Source: Candidatus Saccharicenans sp. (GTDB taxonomy: Bacteria; Acidobacteriota; Aminicenantia; Aminicenantales; Saccharicenantaceae). From it: a stretch of 64,000 bases of DNA. Below are positions 48,958-59,334 of this stretch, in pieces. The translations under genes and the position numbers were made by a program. The stretch is taken from assembly GCA_049719515.1 (NCBI GenBank), contig JBNARJ010000008.1, positions 43,035 to 107,034 on the forward strand, given 5' to 3'. How positions within the stretch are numbered: position 1 is the stretch's first letter; every line of letters starts with the position of its first letter. The notes beneath the pieces were generated by a model. That model searched no databases, was not told the DNA's origin, and saw only the letters and a program-made list of their open reading frames with translations.

Positions 48958-50751
48958 ATGCAGGATAAAATTAGAAATTTTTCTATTATCGCTCATGTCG
49001 ACCACGGCAAAAGCACCCTGGCCGACCGCTTTATCGAATACACTGGAGCTCTTTCTCCCCGCGAGCTGAAAGAACAGGTGCTGGACACCATGGAGCTCGA
49101 GCGGGAAAGGGGAATCACAATTAAAGCTCAGACGGCCAGGTTGAAATACAGGAGCAAATCCGGGGAAGAATACATCCTCAATCTGATTGATACTCCCGGT
49201 CACGTGGATTTTTCTTATGAAGTTTCTCGCAGCCTGAGCGCCTGTGAAGGGGCCATCCTGGTGATAGATGCTTCTCAGGGAGTAGAGGCTCAGACCTTAG
49301 CCAACGCCTACCTGGCCATTCAAAACGACCTGGTTATCATCCCGGTCATAAATAAGATTGATTTGCCTCAGGCTGACGTGGACATGGCTCTGGAACAGCT
49401 TGAACACATTGTCGGGCTTAAAAAAGAAGAAGCCCTGCTGGTTTCAGCCAAAAAAGGGACGGGCGTAGAAGCCGTGCTGGAGAGCATCGTGGAAAGAATT
49501 CCCGCACCGGGCGGAAATCCAGAAGCCCCGCTTAAAGCCCTGCTCTTTGATTCCTGGTTTGACCCTTATCGCGGAGTGGTGGTTCTCGTCAGAGTGGTCG
49601 ACGGTCAGCTCAGGACGGGGGACAAGATTGTTCTGATGTCCACCGGAGCTGAGTATGAGGCTGAAGAAATTGGTTACCTGACACCCAAGCCGGTGAAAGT
49701 TGACAGCCTGAAAACCGGCGAGGTGGGTTACCTGATTGCCGGGATTAAAAACCTGGCTCACGCCCGCATCGGGGAGACCATCACTCACCGGAATCGGCCG
49801 GCTGCTGAACCTCTGCCTGGCTTTAAGGAAGCAAAGCCGATGGTTTTCTGCGGACTTTACCCGGCCGGTGACAGCTCGATTGAAGACCTGCGGGATGCCC
49901 TGGAAAAACTTCGGCTGAATGATGCTTCTTTTCATTTTGAACCCGAGCATTCCCCCGCTCTTGGGTTTGGCTTTCGGGCCGGGTTCCTCGGGCTTCTTCA
50001 TCGTGAGATAATCCAGGAAAGGCTGGAAAGAGAATTTAACCTTAACCTGATTACCACCGCTCCGAGCGTCAGTTACCGCGTGGTTACCACCAAGGGCGAG
50101 GTGCTCGAAGTGCACAACCCTTCGGAACTTCCCGAGCCACAGTTCATCGAAAGAATTGAAGAACCCATCATAGAAGCCATCATCCTGACTCCTGACCGCT
50201 ACCTGGGAAATTTACTGCAGCTGCTGGATGACCGCCGGGGCGAGCAGAAAAAGATGGAATACATCTCGACCAACAGAGTTCTGCTCGATTACCTGGTGCC
50301 GCTCAACGAAGTGGTTTTTGATTTTTATAATCAGCTCAAATCACTGTCGCAGGGCTATGCTTCGATGGATTATGAGCTTTACGGCTACCGGGAAGCCTCG
50401 CTGGTCAAGCTCGACATCTTGGTTAATTATGAAGAGGTTGATGCTCTTTCAGTCATCGTGCATAAAGATAAAGCCTATCAGGTGGGCCGGTCGCTGGTGG
50501 AAAAATTGCGACAGGTTATACCAAGGCAGCAGTTTGAAGTGGTCATTCAGGCGGCCATTGGCAAACGTGTCATAGCCCGGGAAACAATCAAGCCGTTCCG
50601 CAAAGATGTTCTGGCGAAGCTTTATGGCGGTGATTACACCCGGAAAATGAAGCTGCTGGAAAAACAGAAGGAAGGCAAGAAGCGGATGAAGCGCGTCGGC
50701 CGGGTAGACATACCGCAGGAAGCCTTCCTGGCCATTCTCGAAGTAAAATAA
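48958..50751 (+). CDS. lepA: Elongation factor 4
   Basis: Motifs [35 protein letters not shown] and K.YGGD.TRK.KLL.KQK.GKK.MK. Confidence 0.98.
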   Translation: MQDKIRNFSIIAHVDHGKSTLADRFIEYTGALSPRELKEQVLDTMELERERGITIKAQTARLKYRSKSGEEYILNLIDTPGHVDFSYEVSRSLSACEGAILVIDASQGVEAQTLANAYLAIQNDLVIIPVINKIDLPQADVDMALEQLEHIVGLKKEEALLVSAKKGTGVEAVLESIVERIPAPGGNPEAPLKALLFDSWFDPYRGVVVLVRVVDGQLRTGDKIVLMSTGAEYEAEEIGYLTPKPVKVDSLKTGEVGYLIAGIKNLAHARIGETITHRNRPAAEPLPGFKEAKPMVFCGLYPAGDSSIEDLRDALEKLRLNDASFHFEPEHSPALGFGFRAGFLGLLHREIIQERLEREFNLNLITTAPSVSYRVVTTKGEVLEVHNPSELPEPQFIERIEEPIIEAIILTPDRYLGNLLQLLDDRRGEQKKMEYISTNRVLLDYLVPLNEVVFDFYNQLKSLSQGYASMDYELYGYREASLVKLDILVNYEEVDALSVIVHKDKAYQVGRSLVEKLRQVIPRQQFEVVIQAAIGKRVIARETIKPFRKDVLAKLYGGDYTRKMKLLEKQKEGKKRMKRVGRVDIPQEAFLAILEVK

Positions 50752-50846
50752 TTCTTTTCTCTGGCCCGCCAATTTTTTATAATAGAAAAAACTTACGCCG
50801 GTTGGATAAAGTGTGTGAAATTCTGGCTGGTTAAACAGGGGGGCAA

Positions 50847-51416
50847 ATGGATGAGAAAAAACTCCAATCTTTTTTCAGGCAGGCGACTGACCTCCTGAAG
50901 GAATTTCTGCCGCCAGGGGCCACCGTGGTGGCTCCCTTTCTTTATACCCTGGCCGTCTGGGGGCTGAAGAAGCAGACTTCTTACCGCGAACAAATCACCG
51001 GCCTTCAGGTCTGGTTGCTGCCGGAGGCCCCGGTCAACAAGCCTGATGAGTTTATCCTTAACTTTTTTAAAAGTGAAGAAAAGCTGAAACAGGCTTACCG
51101 GGATGAAATAGCGGCCGGAAACCTGACCAAATTACGCCAAGATTTCGCCATCCTCTATCCGCTGCTGGGGCTGCAGGACCCCTTTCTTGAGGGTTTGTTC
51201 TGGCCTGAAATTGAATCTGGGAAATTCAAAGAAATAGTGGCCGGCTACCGACCGAAAGTGGAAAAGGCCTGGCAGGAAATAAAGGCGGCCAAAGATAGTT
51301 CCGGCTTCTGGTCGGCCGTGGGAAAAATTTCTACTGGTTTTTTGGAGCTGGGCTGGCAGGAACTTTCGGAGCCTGAAGTCAGAGGATGGATCAGACGGTG
51401 GCTCAAAAGTCAGTGA
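50847..51416 (+). CDS. Hypothetical protein
   Basis: A 189-aa ORF co-oriented with its neighbours and filling the gap; no recognisable motif. Confidence 0.6.
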   Translation: MDEKKLQSFFRQATDLLKEFLPPGATVVAPFLYTLAVWGLKKQTSYREQITGLQVWLLPEAPVNKPDEFILNFFKSEEKLKQAYRDEIAAGNLTKLRQDFAILYPLLGLQDPFLEGLFWPEIESGKFKEIVAGYRPKVEKAWQEIKAAKDSSGFWSAVGKISTGFLELGWQELSEPEVRGWIRRWLKSQ

Positions 51417-51454
51417 TTTAAGTAATAAAAAAATTAAAAAAGTGTTTCGGGGGA

Positions 51455-52306
51455 ATGATGAACAGAACTGAGCATCATTCGGTAATAATCAACAGCCTGG
51501 AGTTTTGTCTCCTGGTTTTTCTGTTAAGCTTTTCTTCGTGTTCCCTGCCTCTGGAAAAAGCTCAAGTCCACTACCTGGAGGGACAAAAATACGAAACTAA
51601 GTTCATGACGGCAGAGGCTGCCGGATGTTACATGAGTGCTCTGGTGGCGGTTGAAAAAGAAATAGAAAAAAGGCCTTCGGCTTCAGCCTACCTGCTCAAG
51701 GGGCTGGTGGAAACCAGGTTACAGTCTTGGGAAAAAGCCGAAGAAAGCTTCAGGTTGGCCTCGGCTCTGGGTGAGGAAAAAGCCGAAGATTGGGCAAAAG
51801 AAGTTGGCCTTTACGGCCTGGCTTTAAGCTTTGAGAACCAGGGATTAACTGAAGGGGCAAATAGGCTTTACCGTTCGCTGATGGAAAAGGGAAAATTTGA
51901 GCCCGTGGTGCAGGCGGCCACCGGCCGCTATCTGGACAGCCGGCTGGCCACTCTGCCGGGCAGGAGTGAAAGCGAGCAGAAAACGATGGTTCTCGATTTG
52001 CTGAACCAGCTGGAAAAAATGCTCAGGGATTCAGCCACCCAGGGATATTACCATTACCTGCTTTCGCAGGTTTTTAGCTTCGATAAAAGATACCGTGAGA
52101 GCTTTGAGGAAGCGGTCCTGGCTCGCGAACTTGGGCTGCCATCAGAAAAATTGCGCCGTGACAATGACCAGCAGATAATTTTTTGCTACCATATGTTGAA
52201 ACAAGGTTCGCCGGAAGAAGCAACCGGCTTTTTCAGAGTTTACCGGTACTGGATTAAGAAATGGAACTGGCTGGATGAGACCACGCCAGATTGGAAACGG
52301 AGGTAA
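51455..52306 (+). CDS. TPR-like putative lipoprotein
   Basis: Lipobox-like FSSC followed by helical TPR-like repeats. Confidence 0.65.
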   Translation: MMNRTEHHSVIINSLEFCLLVFLLSFSSCSLPLEKAQVHYLEGQKYETKFMTAEAAGCYMSALVAVEKEIEKRPSASAYLLKGLVETRLQSWEKAEESFRLASALGEEKAEDWAKEVGLYGLALSFENQGLTEGANRLYRSLMEKGKFEPVVQAATGRYLDSRLATLPGRSESEQKTMVLDLLNQLEKMLRDSATQGYYHYLLSQVFSFDKRYRESFEEAVLARELGLPSEKLRRDNDQQIIFCYHMLKQGSPEEATGFFRVYRYWIKKWNWLDETTPDWKRR

Positions 52307-52308
52307 AA

Positions 52309-53334
52309 ATGTTGCCGTCCATAGCCTGGAAAAAAGGGGCGGTGCTCATGGTGGACCAGCGCCGGCTTCCCTGGAAGGAAGTTTATGTCAGATGTCACAC
52401 GGTGGAACAGGTGGCTCGAGCCATCGAAACCATGATTATCAGAGGAGCCCCGGCCATCGGGCTGGCGGCAGCCTATGGCCTGGCTCTCGGCATGTTAAAG
52501 CTAAAAGCTGGAGACGACGCTGAAAAGGCTTTTGATAAATTCTACCAGAGGCTGTGGCGGACGCGCCCCACGGCACGCAATCTGTTTTGGGCTCTGGAAC
52601 GGATGAAAAAAGTCTTTGAGGAAAACAAAAACCGAAAGCTCTCCGAATTGAAAAAGGTTCTTCTGGATGAAGCCAGAGCCATGGAGAAAGAAGACCTGGA
52701 AATTAATAAAAAAATCGGAGAATTTGGTCAGGAGCTTCTTCCTGACGGAGCTGCGGTGCTTACCCACTGCAATGCTGGCGGGCTGGCTACGGCCGGCTAC
52801 GGCACAGCGCTCGGAGTGATAACGGCTGCCTTCAAGCATGGCAAAAAGATAAGGGTTCTGGCTGATGAAACCAGGCCATTTCTCCAGGGTGCCAGACTGA
52901 CCGTCTGGGAACTTATGAAACAAAAAATTCCCGTCACCCTGATTACGGACAACATGGCTGGCTGGTTGATGAATTCCGGTGAGGTGGACCTGGTGATAGT
53001 TGGGGCTGACCGCATCGCCAGAAACGGCGATACCGCTAACAAGATTGGCACCTATTCGCTGGCCGTGCTGGCCAGAGAAAACAGAATTCCCTTCTACGTG
53101 GCTGCCCCGCTCAGCACTTTTGATTTCAGCCTGGCTTCCGGGCGTGACATACCGATTGAAGAAAGAAACCCGGAAGAAGTCAGAAAAATAGGCAGTCAGC
53201 TCATCACCCTGCCTGAAGTGCCGGTTAAAAACCCGGCCTTTGACGTCACGCCGGGAAGGCTAATAACGGCCATCATCACGGAAAAGGGCGTCTTTCGCCC
53301 GCCCTATCAAAAAAGCTTAAAAGCCCTGGTATAA
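52309..53334 (+). CDS. mtnA: S-methyl-5-thioribose-1-phosphate isomerase
   Basis: Motifs DQR.LP, IRGAPAIG, RPTA.NL, THCNAG.LAT, DETRP.LQGARLT, NKIGTY and NPAFDVTP. Confidence 0.96.
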   Translation: MLPSIAWKKGAVLMVDQRRLPWKEVYVRCHTVEQVARAIETMIIRGAPAIGLAAAYGLALGMLKLKAGDDAEKAFDKFYQRLWRTRPTARNLFWALERMKKVFEENKNRKLSELKKVLLDEARAMEKEDLEINKKIGEFGQELLPDGAAVLTHCNAGGLATAGYGTALGVITAAFKHGKKIRVLADETRPFLQGARLTVWELMKQKIPVTLITDNMAGWLMNSGEVDLVIVGADRIARNGDTANKIGTYSLAVLARENRIPFYVAAPLSTFDFSLASGRDIPIEERNPEEVRKIGSQLITLPEVPVKNPAFDVTPGRLITAIITEKGVFRPPYQKSLKALV

Positions 53335-53391
53335 AAATAGCCGTGGTCAGCAAGTTAGGGTAAAATATAGTCTGATTTTAGGGAGAGAATT

Positions 53392-54405
53392 ATGCCAAGA
53401 AGAAAAGTGCGCTGGCTGCTGGCGGTAGAAACTTCCTGCGATGAAACTTCAGCCGCGGTTCTTTTTGAAGGAAAAATCCTCAGCAACATCATACTGTCCC
53501 AGGATGAAATTCATTCTCCTTACGGAGGGGTCGTGCCGGAGCTTGCTTCCCGCCAACACATCAAGTCGATAGATTATGTGGTGAGTGAAAGCCTGCAAAA
53601 AGCAGAGGCCAAACTCCAGGACATTGACCTGTTTGCCGTAACTCAGGGGCCCGGGCTGATCGGCTCACTTCTGGTCGGGCTGACTTTTACCAAAGGTCTG
53701 GCTTACTATCGGCAGAAACCTCTGGTCGGTGTTGACCACCTGCAGGCGCACATTGAAGCGGCTTTTGTCGAGAACCCGGATATTCGCTTCCCGGTTCTGG
53801 CCCTGTTGGTCTCGGGCGGACATACTTCTCTTTATTTTCTGGAACAGCCGCTGAGTTATAAACTTCTGGGCAAGACCAGGGATGATGCGGCCGGCGAAGG
53901 GTTGGACAAGGTGGCCAAGTTCCTGGGCCTCGGCTATCCGGGCGGCCCGGTTATAGAGAAAAAGGCGGAAGGCGGCGACCCCCAACGGTTCAAATTTTCC
54001 CTGCCGCGGATGAAGACGGCAGGCTATGATTTTAGCTTTTCCGGGTTGAAGACGGCTGCCTTGAGAATTATCAGAGAAAACAACCTGGGGCCCGAGCACC
54101 CGGAGCTCAAACATTTTCTGGCCAGCTTTGAAGAAACGGTGGTCAGGTCTCTGCTTGAAAATGTGAAAAAAGCGCTGGTTGAATTTCGGCCAAACTCGCT
54201 CGTGCTGTGCGGCGGTGTTGCCCGAAACAGGAGGCTGAGGACTCATTTTGCTGAACTGGCGGCTGAGAACCAGCTTCCCGCTTACATACCATCGCCCAGG
54301 TTATGCACCGATAATGCGGGGATGGTCGGCGCCCTGGCCTGGAAAAAATATAAGCTTCAGGGAAGTGCGGTCTTGGACCTGGAGCTTGATGCTTATCCTC
54401 GCTGA
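53392..54405 (+). CDS. tsaD: tRNA threonylcarbamoyltransferase subunit TsaD
   Basis: Motifs ETSCDETS, GGVVPELASR.H, HLQAH, LLVSGGHT, FSFSGLKT and CTDNA.M. Confidence 0.96.
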   Translation: MPRRKVRWLLAVETSCDETSAAVLFEGKILSNIILSQDEIHSPYGGVVPELASRQHIKSIDYVVSESLQKAEAKLQDIDLFAVTQGPGLIGSLLVGLTFTKGLAYYRQKPLVGVDHLQAHIEAAFVENPDIRFPVLALLVSGGHTSLYFLEQPLSYKLLGKTRDDAAGEGLDKVAKFLGLGYPGGPVIEKKAEGGDPQRFKFSLPRMKTAGYDFSFSGLKTAALRIIRENNLGPEHPELKHFLASFEETVVRSLLENVKKALVEFRPNSLVLCGGVARNRRLRTHFAELAAENQLPAYIPSPRLCTDNAGMVGALAWKKYKLQGSAVLDLELDAYPR

Positions 54406-54852
54406 CAACCGCTGAACCGTACAGGCGCAGCGCCTCAAAAATTTTTCCTCAAGGATTATTCTTCAATTCAAATTGACAAAAATTCTGCTCCTTCGAGATG
54501 GTTGATTTTACTGATCTGCTGGCCGGGTGCCGGTCGACATCTGTTTCAAATTTTGTCCTTTTCCAATCACCGAGTTTATCCTTCCTGCCCAAAAGGGCCA
54601 CAGCCTGAGATGGAGATTTTTTGGGCATGACCTGGTTTTCTTTTTTATTTTTCAGATGAGAAAAAAAGATGAAAGCTGGCGTTTTATTGTTTTGATGAAG
54701 CCAGGCCGGAGTCCGGCTGTAAAAGGTTATAACTTGAAGCCACTTAAGACGTATAAATCATGTAGATGACGTGGCCTGAAAATACTGAATTTGCTTTAAA
54801 AAATGGCTATTTGTTAAACTTATAAAAAGGTTCAGGCTAAAGGAGGTCTCTA

Positions 54853-56427
54853 TTGAGCCGAAAAAACATCTGGATAACAGGTTTACTGATAGTTTTTTGG
54901 TTAAGCGGGGGAGCTTTTTTGCTGGCCCAGGAAAGCCAGAAGGAAGTGGCCCTTTCGCTTGAAGATGCTGTTCTTCAGGCTTTGAAGCAGAACCTCAACC
55001 TTATTGCTGAGGTTTACACCATCGAAAAGTCCGCGGCTTCCGTTTCTCTGGCAAAGGAAATGTATTATCCGCAGCTTGAGATAAATTTTGGCAGCGACCG
55101 GAATGAGCAGCCCTCCACCTGGTGGCTTCAGAGCTCGGGTACTTACATCACGAAAATGCGCTCCTATGAAACTTCCATTTCCCAGAAGCTGCCCATTGGC
55201 GGGACTTTTTCGGTCAGCATGTCCAACTACAAGACTGACACCAACCAGCTGTTCCAGCTTTTTAATCCTTATTACAACACCCAGCTGCGCTTCAGCTTCG
55301 TTCAACCACTGCTTAAAAATTTTGGCCCCAGGGTTGCCCTCAAAGAAATAATTGTTGCCCGACAAAACCAGGCTATTTCGGAAGCCCAGTTAAAATCTCA
55401 GGTGCTGGAGACCATCTACCAGGTGGAAGAAGCTTACTGGAACCTGGTGCTGGCCAGAGAAAACCTTAAAGTCAAGCAGCAATCTCTGCAGCTGGCCCGC
55501 GACCAGCTGGCCAAGACTCAGAAAGAAATATCGGTCGGGCAGCAGGCCGCCATCGAGATCCTCAACGTTCAGGCAGCAGTCTCTCAAAGAGAAGCTGACA
55601 TCGTCCAGGCTGAAGGGGCGGTGCGCACGGCCGAAGACCGGCTTAAGGTAATTTTGAACCTGGCCAGCGGGCTCGACCTGGGAAAGATTACCATCAAAAC
55701 TCTGGACCAGCCCGCCTTCCGGCCGGTTAAAATTGATTTGAAAGAAGCGATTGAAACAGCCCTGCTTAACCGTCCTGACCTTCAGGTCAACAGCCTGACG
55801 GTGGAGAACAAACAATTCGGGCTGGAAGTGGCTAAAAATCAACTGCTGCCGCAGCTCGATTTCAACGTTTCCTACTGGAGCCCCGGAATTTCTGGCGACC
55901 GCATTCTTTATCTTAATGACAACCCGCTTACCGGAGTAATAGTCGGCAAGGTACCCGGGAGCATGTCTGATTCTTTCCGGGATGCTCTTAAATTCCTCTA
56001 CAACAACTGGTCACTTAACTTTACTCTGACCGTACCGCTGGCTGATTACCTCAGCCGGGCTAATTATGCCATAGCCAGGGCGGAACTGGCCCAGGCCCGG
56101 GCCAAGCAAAAAGCTCTCGAACAGCAGGTCCTGCTGGAAGTCAGTGAGGCGGTTAAAAACCTGGAAACCATGGCCAAGAGCGTCGAAGCTTACCGGGTAG
56201 CCAGGGAATATGCGGAAAAACGCCTCGAGGCCGAGACCAAAAAACTTTCGGTCGGTTTGACCACCAATTACTTTGTGCTGGAAGCTCAGGAAAGGCTGGC
56301 CAGCGCCCGGTCAGCTGAGCTCAAAGCTCTGGTCGATTACAACCTGGCCCAGGCCCGCTTGGAAAAAGCCCTGGGCACCAGCCTGCGCAAAAGAAACATA
56401 ACTCTGTCTGATATTGGCCAGAAATAG
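54853..56427 (+). CDS. TolC family outer membrane protein
   Basis: Signal peptide, QPLL.NFG, AYWNLV.A, A..NRPDL and GLTT...VL.AQ. TTG start after AAGGAGG. Confidence 0.9.
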   Translation: MSRKNIWITGLLIVFWLSGGAFLLAQESQKEVALSLEDAVLQALKQNLNLIAEVYTIEKSAASVSLAKEMYYPQLEINFGSDRNEQPSTWWLQSSGTYITKMRSYETSISQKLPIGGTFSVSMSNYKTDTNQLFQLFNPYYNTQLRFSFVQPLLKNFGPRVALKEIIVARQNQAISEAQLKSQVLETIYQVEEAYWNLVLARENLKVKQQSLQLARDQLAKTQKEISVGQQAAIEILNVQAAVSQREADIVQAEGAVRTAEDRLKVILNLASGLDLGKITIKTLDQPAFRPVKIDLKEAIETALLNRPDLQVNSLTVENKQFGLEVAKNQLLPQLDFNVSYWSPGISGDRILYLNDNPLTGVIVGKVPGSMSDSFRDALKFLYNNWSLNFTLTVPLADYLSRANYAIARAELAQARAKQKALEQQVLLEVSEAVKNLETMAKSVEAYRVAREYAEKRLEAETKKLSVGLTTNYFVLEAQERLASARSAELKALVDYNLAQARLEKALGTSLRKRNITLSDIGQK

Positions 56428-56469
56428 TCAAGGTTGAGAGCCGTTGCTGTCTTGTGTTAGAATTCAAGA

Positions 56470-57249
56470 GTGAAGTTTTCAGCCGTACTTGTAACCTATA
56501 ACAGCGAAAAAATAATAATCGACTGCCTGGAATCGCTGCGGGGTGTGGCCGATGAAATAGTGGTGGTCGACAGTGAAAGCACTGACCAGACCAGGAAAAT
56601 AGCTCGTTATTTTACGGATAAAGTTATCAGGCATCATTCAACTGATTATGTCGAACTGAAAAATCTTGGTCATCAGTTAGCGACCAATGAATGGGTGCTC
56701 TCCGTGGAACCCGATGAAAGGCTTTCCGCCGGCCTCCGGCTTGAGCTTCTGGAATGGAAGAAGAATCCAGAGGAAGCCGACGGATTCACCATACCGCGCA
56801 AGAGTTTTTATCTGGAGCGCTGGATACGACATTCAGGCTGGTATCCTAACCGACGCGTACGTTTTTACCGGAAAAGCCGGGCCTGCTGGAAAAGAGAAGC
56901 GGGCCGGGTTCTGGTGGAGGTTGAAGGGGAAATTAAGAAATTTAAAAGTGACCTGGAACACATAGCTTTCTCTTCTATCTCTGAACATCTGCATTACATA
57001 GACCGGATGTCGGAAAATCGGGCGCGAAAGCTTTATGCCGGGAAGAAAAAAGCTCGTTTTTATCATCTGTGCTGGTCTCCGTTTTGGGCTTTTTTGAAGA
57101 GCTATTTTTTTAAGCTGGGCTGTCTCGACGGCTTCCCCGGCCTGGTGATTTCGGTTATGTCCGGTTATAGCGTTTTTCTCAAATACGCCAAGTTGAAAGA
57201 AATATGGAAAAAAGGAGAGAAAATTGAGCCTGTTCCTTGCGGCCAGTGA
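56470..57249 (+). CDS. Glycosyltransferase family 2 (WaaE/KdtX-like)
   Basis: Motifs I..CL.SL...DEIVVVDS.STD.T, GWYP...R and YFFKLG.LDG..G..I.....KYAKL. Confidence 0.88.
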   Translation: MKFSAVLVTYNSEKIIIDCLESLRGVADEIVVVDSESTDQTRKIARYFTDKVIRHHSTDYVELKNLGHQLATNEWVLSVEPDERLSAGLRLELLEWKKNPEEADGFTIPRKSFYLERWIRHSGWYPNRRVRFYRKSRACWKREAGRVLVEVEGEIKKFKSDLEHIAFSSISEHLHYIDRMSENRARKLYAGKKKARFYHLCWSPFWAFLKSYFFKLGCLDGFPGLVISVMSGYSVFLKYAKLKEIWKKGEKIEPVPCGQ

Positions 57250-58315
57250 ACTGCAGGATGAGGTAGCGCTAAAACAAGTTTTCCTGGTCAGCCAGGAATT
57301 AAAAAAGAAAGGTTTAAATTGCATCGTCCTGGCTGGACCGGACAGCGAGCTTTTTGCCTATGCCAAAAAGTCCGGCCTTCAGGTCCTCAGTTTTAACTTT
57401 AAACCGTCATTCTTAACCACCTGGAAACTGAGACGACTGCTGCAAAAGTATCAGGCTAAGGTTTTTCATTTCCTGGATGAAGGTTCTTTTGAGGCCGGTC
57501 TGAAAGCCGTCACCAGAGCGGGAGTGCCGGTGCGTCTGGCGACTGTCCGCCCGGAGTGGCTTAAGAATAGCAACCGGCTGAACAGCAAACATCTGGAGGC
57601 CATCGTCTGCCCGAATGAAGAAACCAAGAAAAAACTTCTAAAGGCGGAAGTGACGGTTAACCGGATAGAAGTCATCCCGGCCGGGCTGGATTTTTCTCTT
57701 TACCAGATGGAAAAGAAAAGCAATTTTTTGAGAAGCGAGCTCGGACTGGCTGCAGACGACACTCTGGCCGGCTGGGTTACGCCGCTGGAAGACCTGAAGA
57801 ATTTCAAGATGCAGCTTGAAGCCATCAAGCTTCTTGACCAGCAGGCGCCGAAGCTTAAAGTAATCATCTTTGGCCTTGGTCCTCTCCACCTGGAACAGCT
57901 GCGGCATGAGCTGCCGCTTGAACTGAAAAACCTTTATTTCTACCTGGGCTTTGAAGATAAAAATGCAGAAGTTTTTTCCTCGCTCGACCTGTTTGTGTTT
58001 GGTGATTATTCCCTGCCGGAAGACCTGATGCTAAAAGCTATGGTCAGAAAAGTTCCGGTCATAGGTATCATGGCTCAAAGCAGAAGCGAGCTTTTGCTTC
58101 ATCGCGAGACCGGCTACCTGGCTCCTCCCAATGACCCGCAGGCCCTGGCGCAAGCTGTGTTAAAGGTCTATCTTGACCGCAGCCTGGCCCAGAGTTTAAG
58201 CCAACAAGCTTATCAGCTTGTTTATAACAGGCACTCTTGCGAAGCCATGGCGCAAAAATTAGCCAATTTTTATGAGCTGGTGGCTTTGCAGAAAGGAGTA
58301 AAGCTTGGCCGGTAA
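57224..58315 (+). CDS. Glycosyltransferase family 4-like (GT-B) protein with degenerate EX7E motif
   Basis: Motifs VIP.GLD, YLGF......SLDLFV, AM...PVI and ETG.L.PP.DP.ALA.A. Confidence 0.75.
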   Translation: MSLFLAASELQDEVALKQVFLVSQELKKKGLNCIVLAGPDSELFAYAKKSGLQVLSFNFKPSFLTTWKLRRLLQKYQAKVFHFLDEGSFEAGLKAVTRAGVPVRLATVRPEWLKNSNRLNSKHLEAIVCPNEETKKKLLKAEVTVNRIEVIPAGLDFSLYQMEKKSNFLRSELGLAADDTLAGWVTPLEDLKNFKMQLEAIKLLDQQAPKLKVIIFGLGPLHLEQLRHELPLELKNLYFYLGFEDKNAEVFSSLDLFVFGDYSLPEDLMLKAMVRKVPVIGIMAQSRSELLLHRETGYLAPPNDPQALAQAVLKVYLDRSLAQSLSQQAYQLVYNRHSCEAMAQKLANFYELVALQKGVKLGR

Positions 58316-59141
58316 GGTAATCATACGTAAGCTGTCTCAAAAATCAGAATTTGAAAAATTGGTGGAAATCCAGCGAGTGGTCTGGAACCACCCGGACCTG
58401 GATCTAACTCCTGTTCACCAGTTCTGTATTTCTTCTTTCATGGGCGGGTTAGTGCTGGGAGCCCTGGTCGAGGGAGAGCTGGCCGGGTTTGTCTATTCTT
58501 TCCCGGCTATTTTCCGGGGCAGGTTCTGTCATCATTCACACCTGTTAGCGGTTCTGCCTCAATATCAGGGGTACGGTCTGGGTAAGAAGCTGAAATGGGC
58601 TCAGCGGCGGGAAGTGTTAAAGCTGGGGCTTGACCTCATCACCTGGACTTATGACCCGATGCAGAGCCGGAACGCCAACCTTAACCTTCATACTCTGGGG
58701 GCTATCTGCCGGACTTATCTGCCTGATTTTTATGGCGAAACCCCGGCCCTTCGGCTTGGCCCCGGTATTCCCACCGACCGCTTGCTGGTGGAATGGCCTA
58801 TAAAGTCAGAGAGAGTGGAAAAACGCTTCAGGTCCAGGAAGAGAGAAGTGCTCGACCCGGCCGCCTGGCCCAGCGTGCTGGAAGGAATTACCGCCCCGGA
58901 CGGGAAATACTTGCCCGGCCCGTCAAACTTGAGAGCCAGGGAAAAAACATTGCTGGTGGAAACCTTGCCCAACATTCGAGCATTTAAATCGCAGCCCGAA
59001 GTGATTGGCTCGTGGCAGGCAAGTCTCAGACGGGTCCTGGAAAATTATTTTAAGAAGGGCTATGCGGCGGTGGATTTTATCTTTGGCCAGAAATGTTATT
59101 ATGTTCTGGAAAAGCTTGACCGCAATTTCCTTAAAGGATAA
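58305..59141 (+). CDS. GNAT family acyltransferase of the NSAR/OSBS-linked succinyltransferase type
   Basis: Motifs SHLLAV.P..QG.GLG..LK.AQR, ITWTYDP...RNA.LN...LG and PTDRL.VEW. Confidence 0.88.
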   Translation: MAGKVIIRKLSQKSEFEKLVEIQRVVWNHPDLDLTPVHQFCISSFMGGLVLGALVEGELAGFVYSFPAIFRGRFCHHSHLLAVLPQYQGYGLGKKLKWAQRREVLKLGLDLITWTYDPMQSRNANLNLHTLGAICRTYLPDFYGETPALRLGPGIPTDRLLVEWPIKSERVEKRFRSRKREVLDPAAWPSVLEGITAPDGKYLPGPSNLRAREKTLLVETLPNIRAFKSQPEVIGSWQASLRRVLENYFKKGYAAVDFIFGQKCYYVLEKLDRNFLKG

Positions 59142-59334
59142 AAACTCACCAATTTCAGGAAAAGGTGGGTGGCAGATGAGGGAAGGCTGTTAGCAGCCGA
59201 GGGAAAGAATTTTTTTGATCGTTAAATAAAGGGGAAAGCGAAGCTGCTGTAAGCAATAGAGAAAATTTGAGAAGAACTTGAGAAGGATTTTTACATAGAT
59301 TGAATAATCTATAAAATGGAAAGGCAGGTGCGAG

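Noticed and set aside
54406-54852. 450-bp intergenic region with hairpins and an 80-aa ORF
   Set aside because: No recognisable riboswitch or ncRNA motif; the ORF lacks an RBS and has low complexity.
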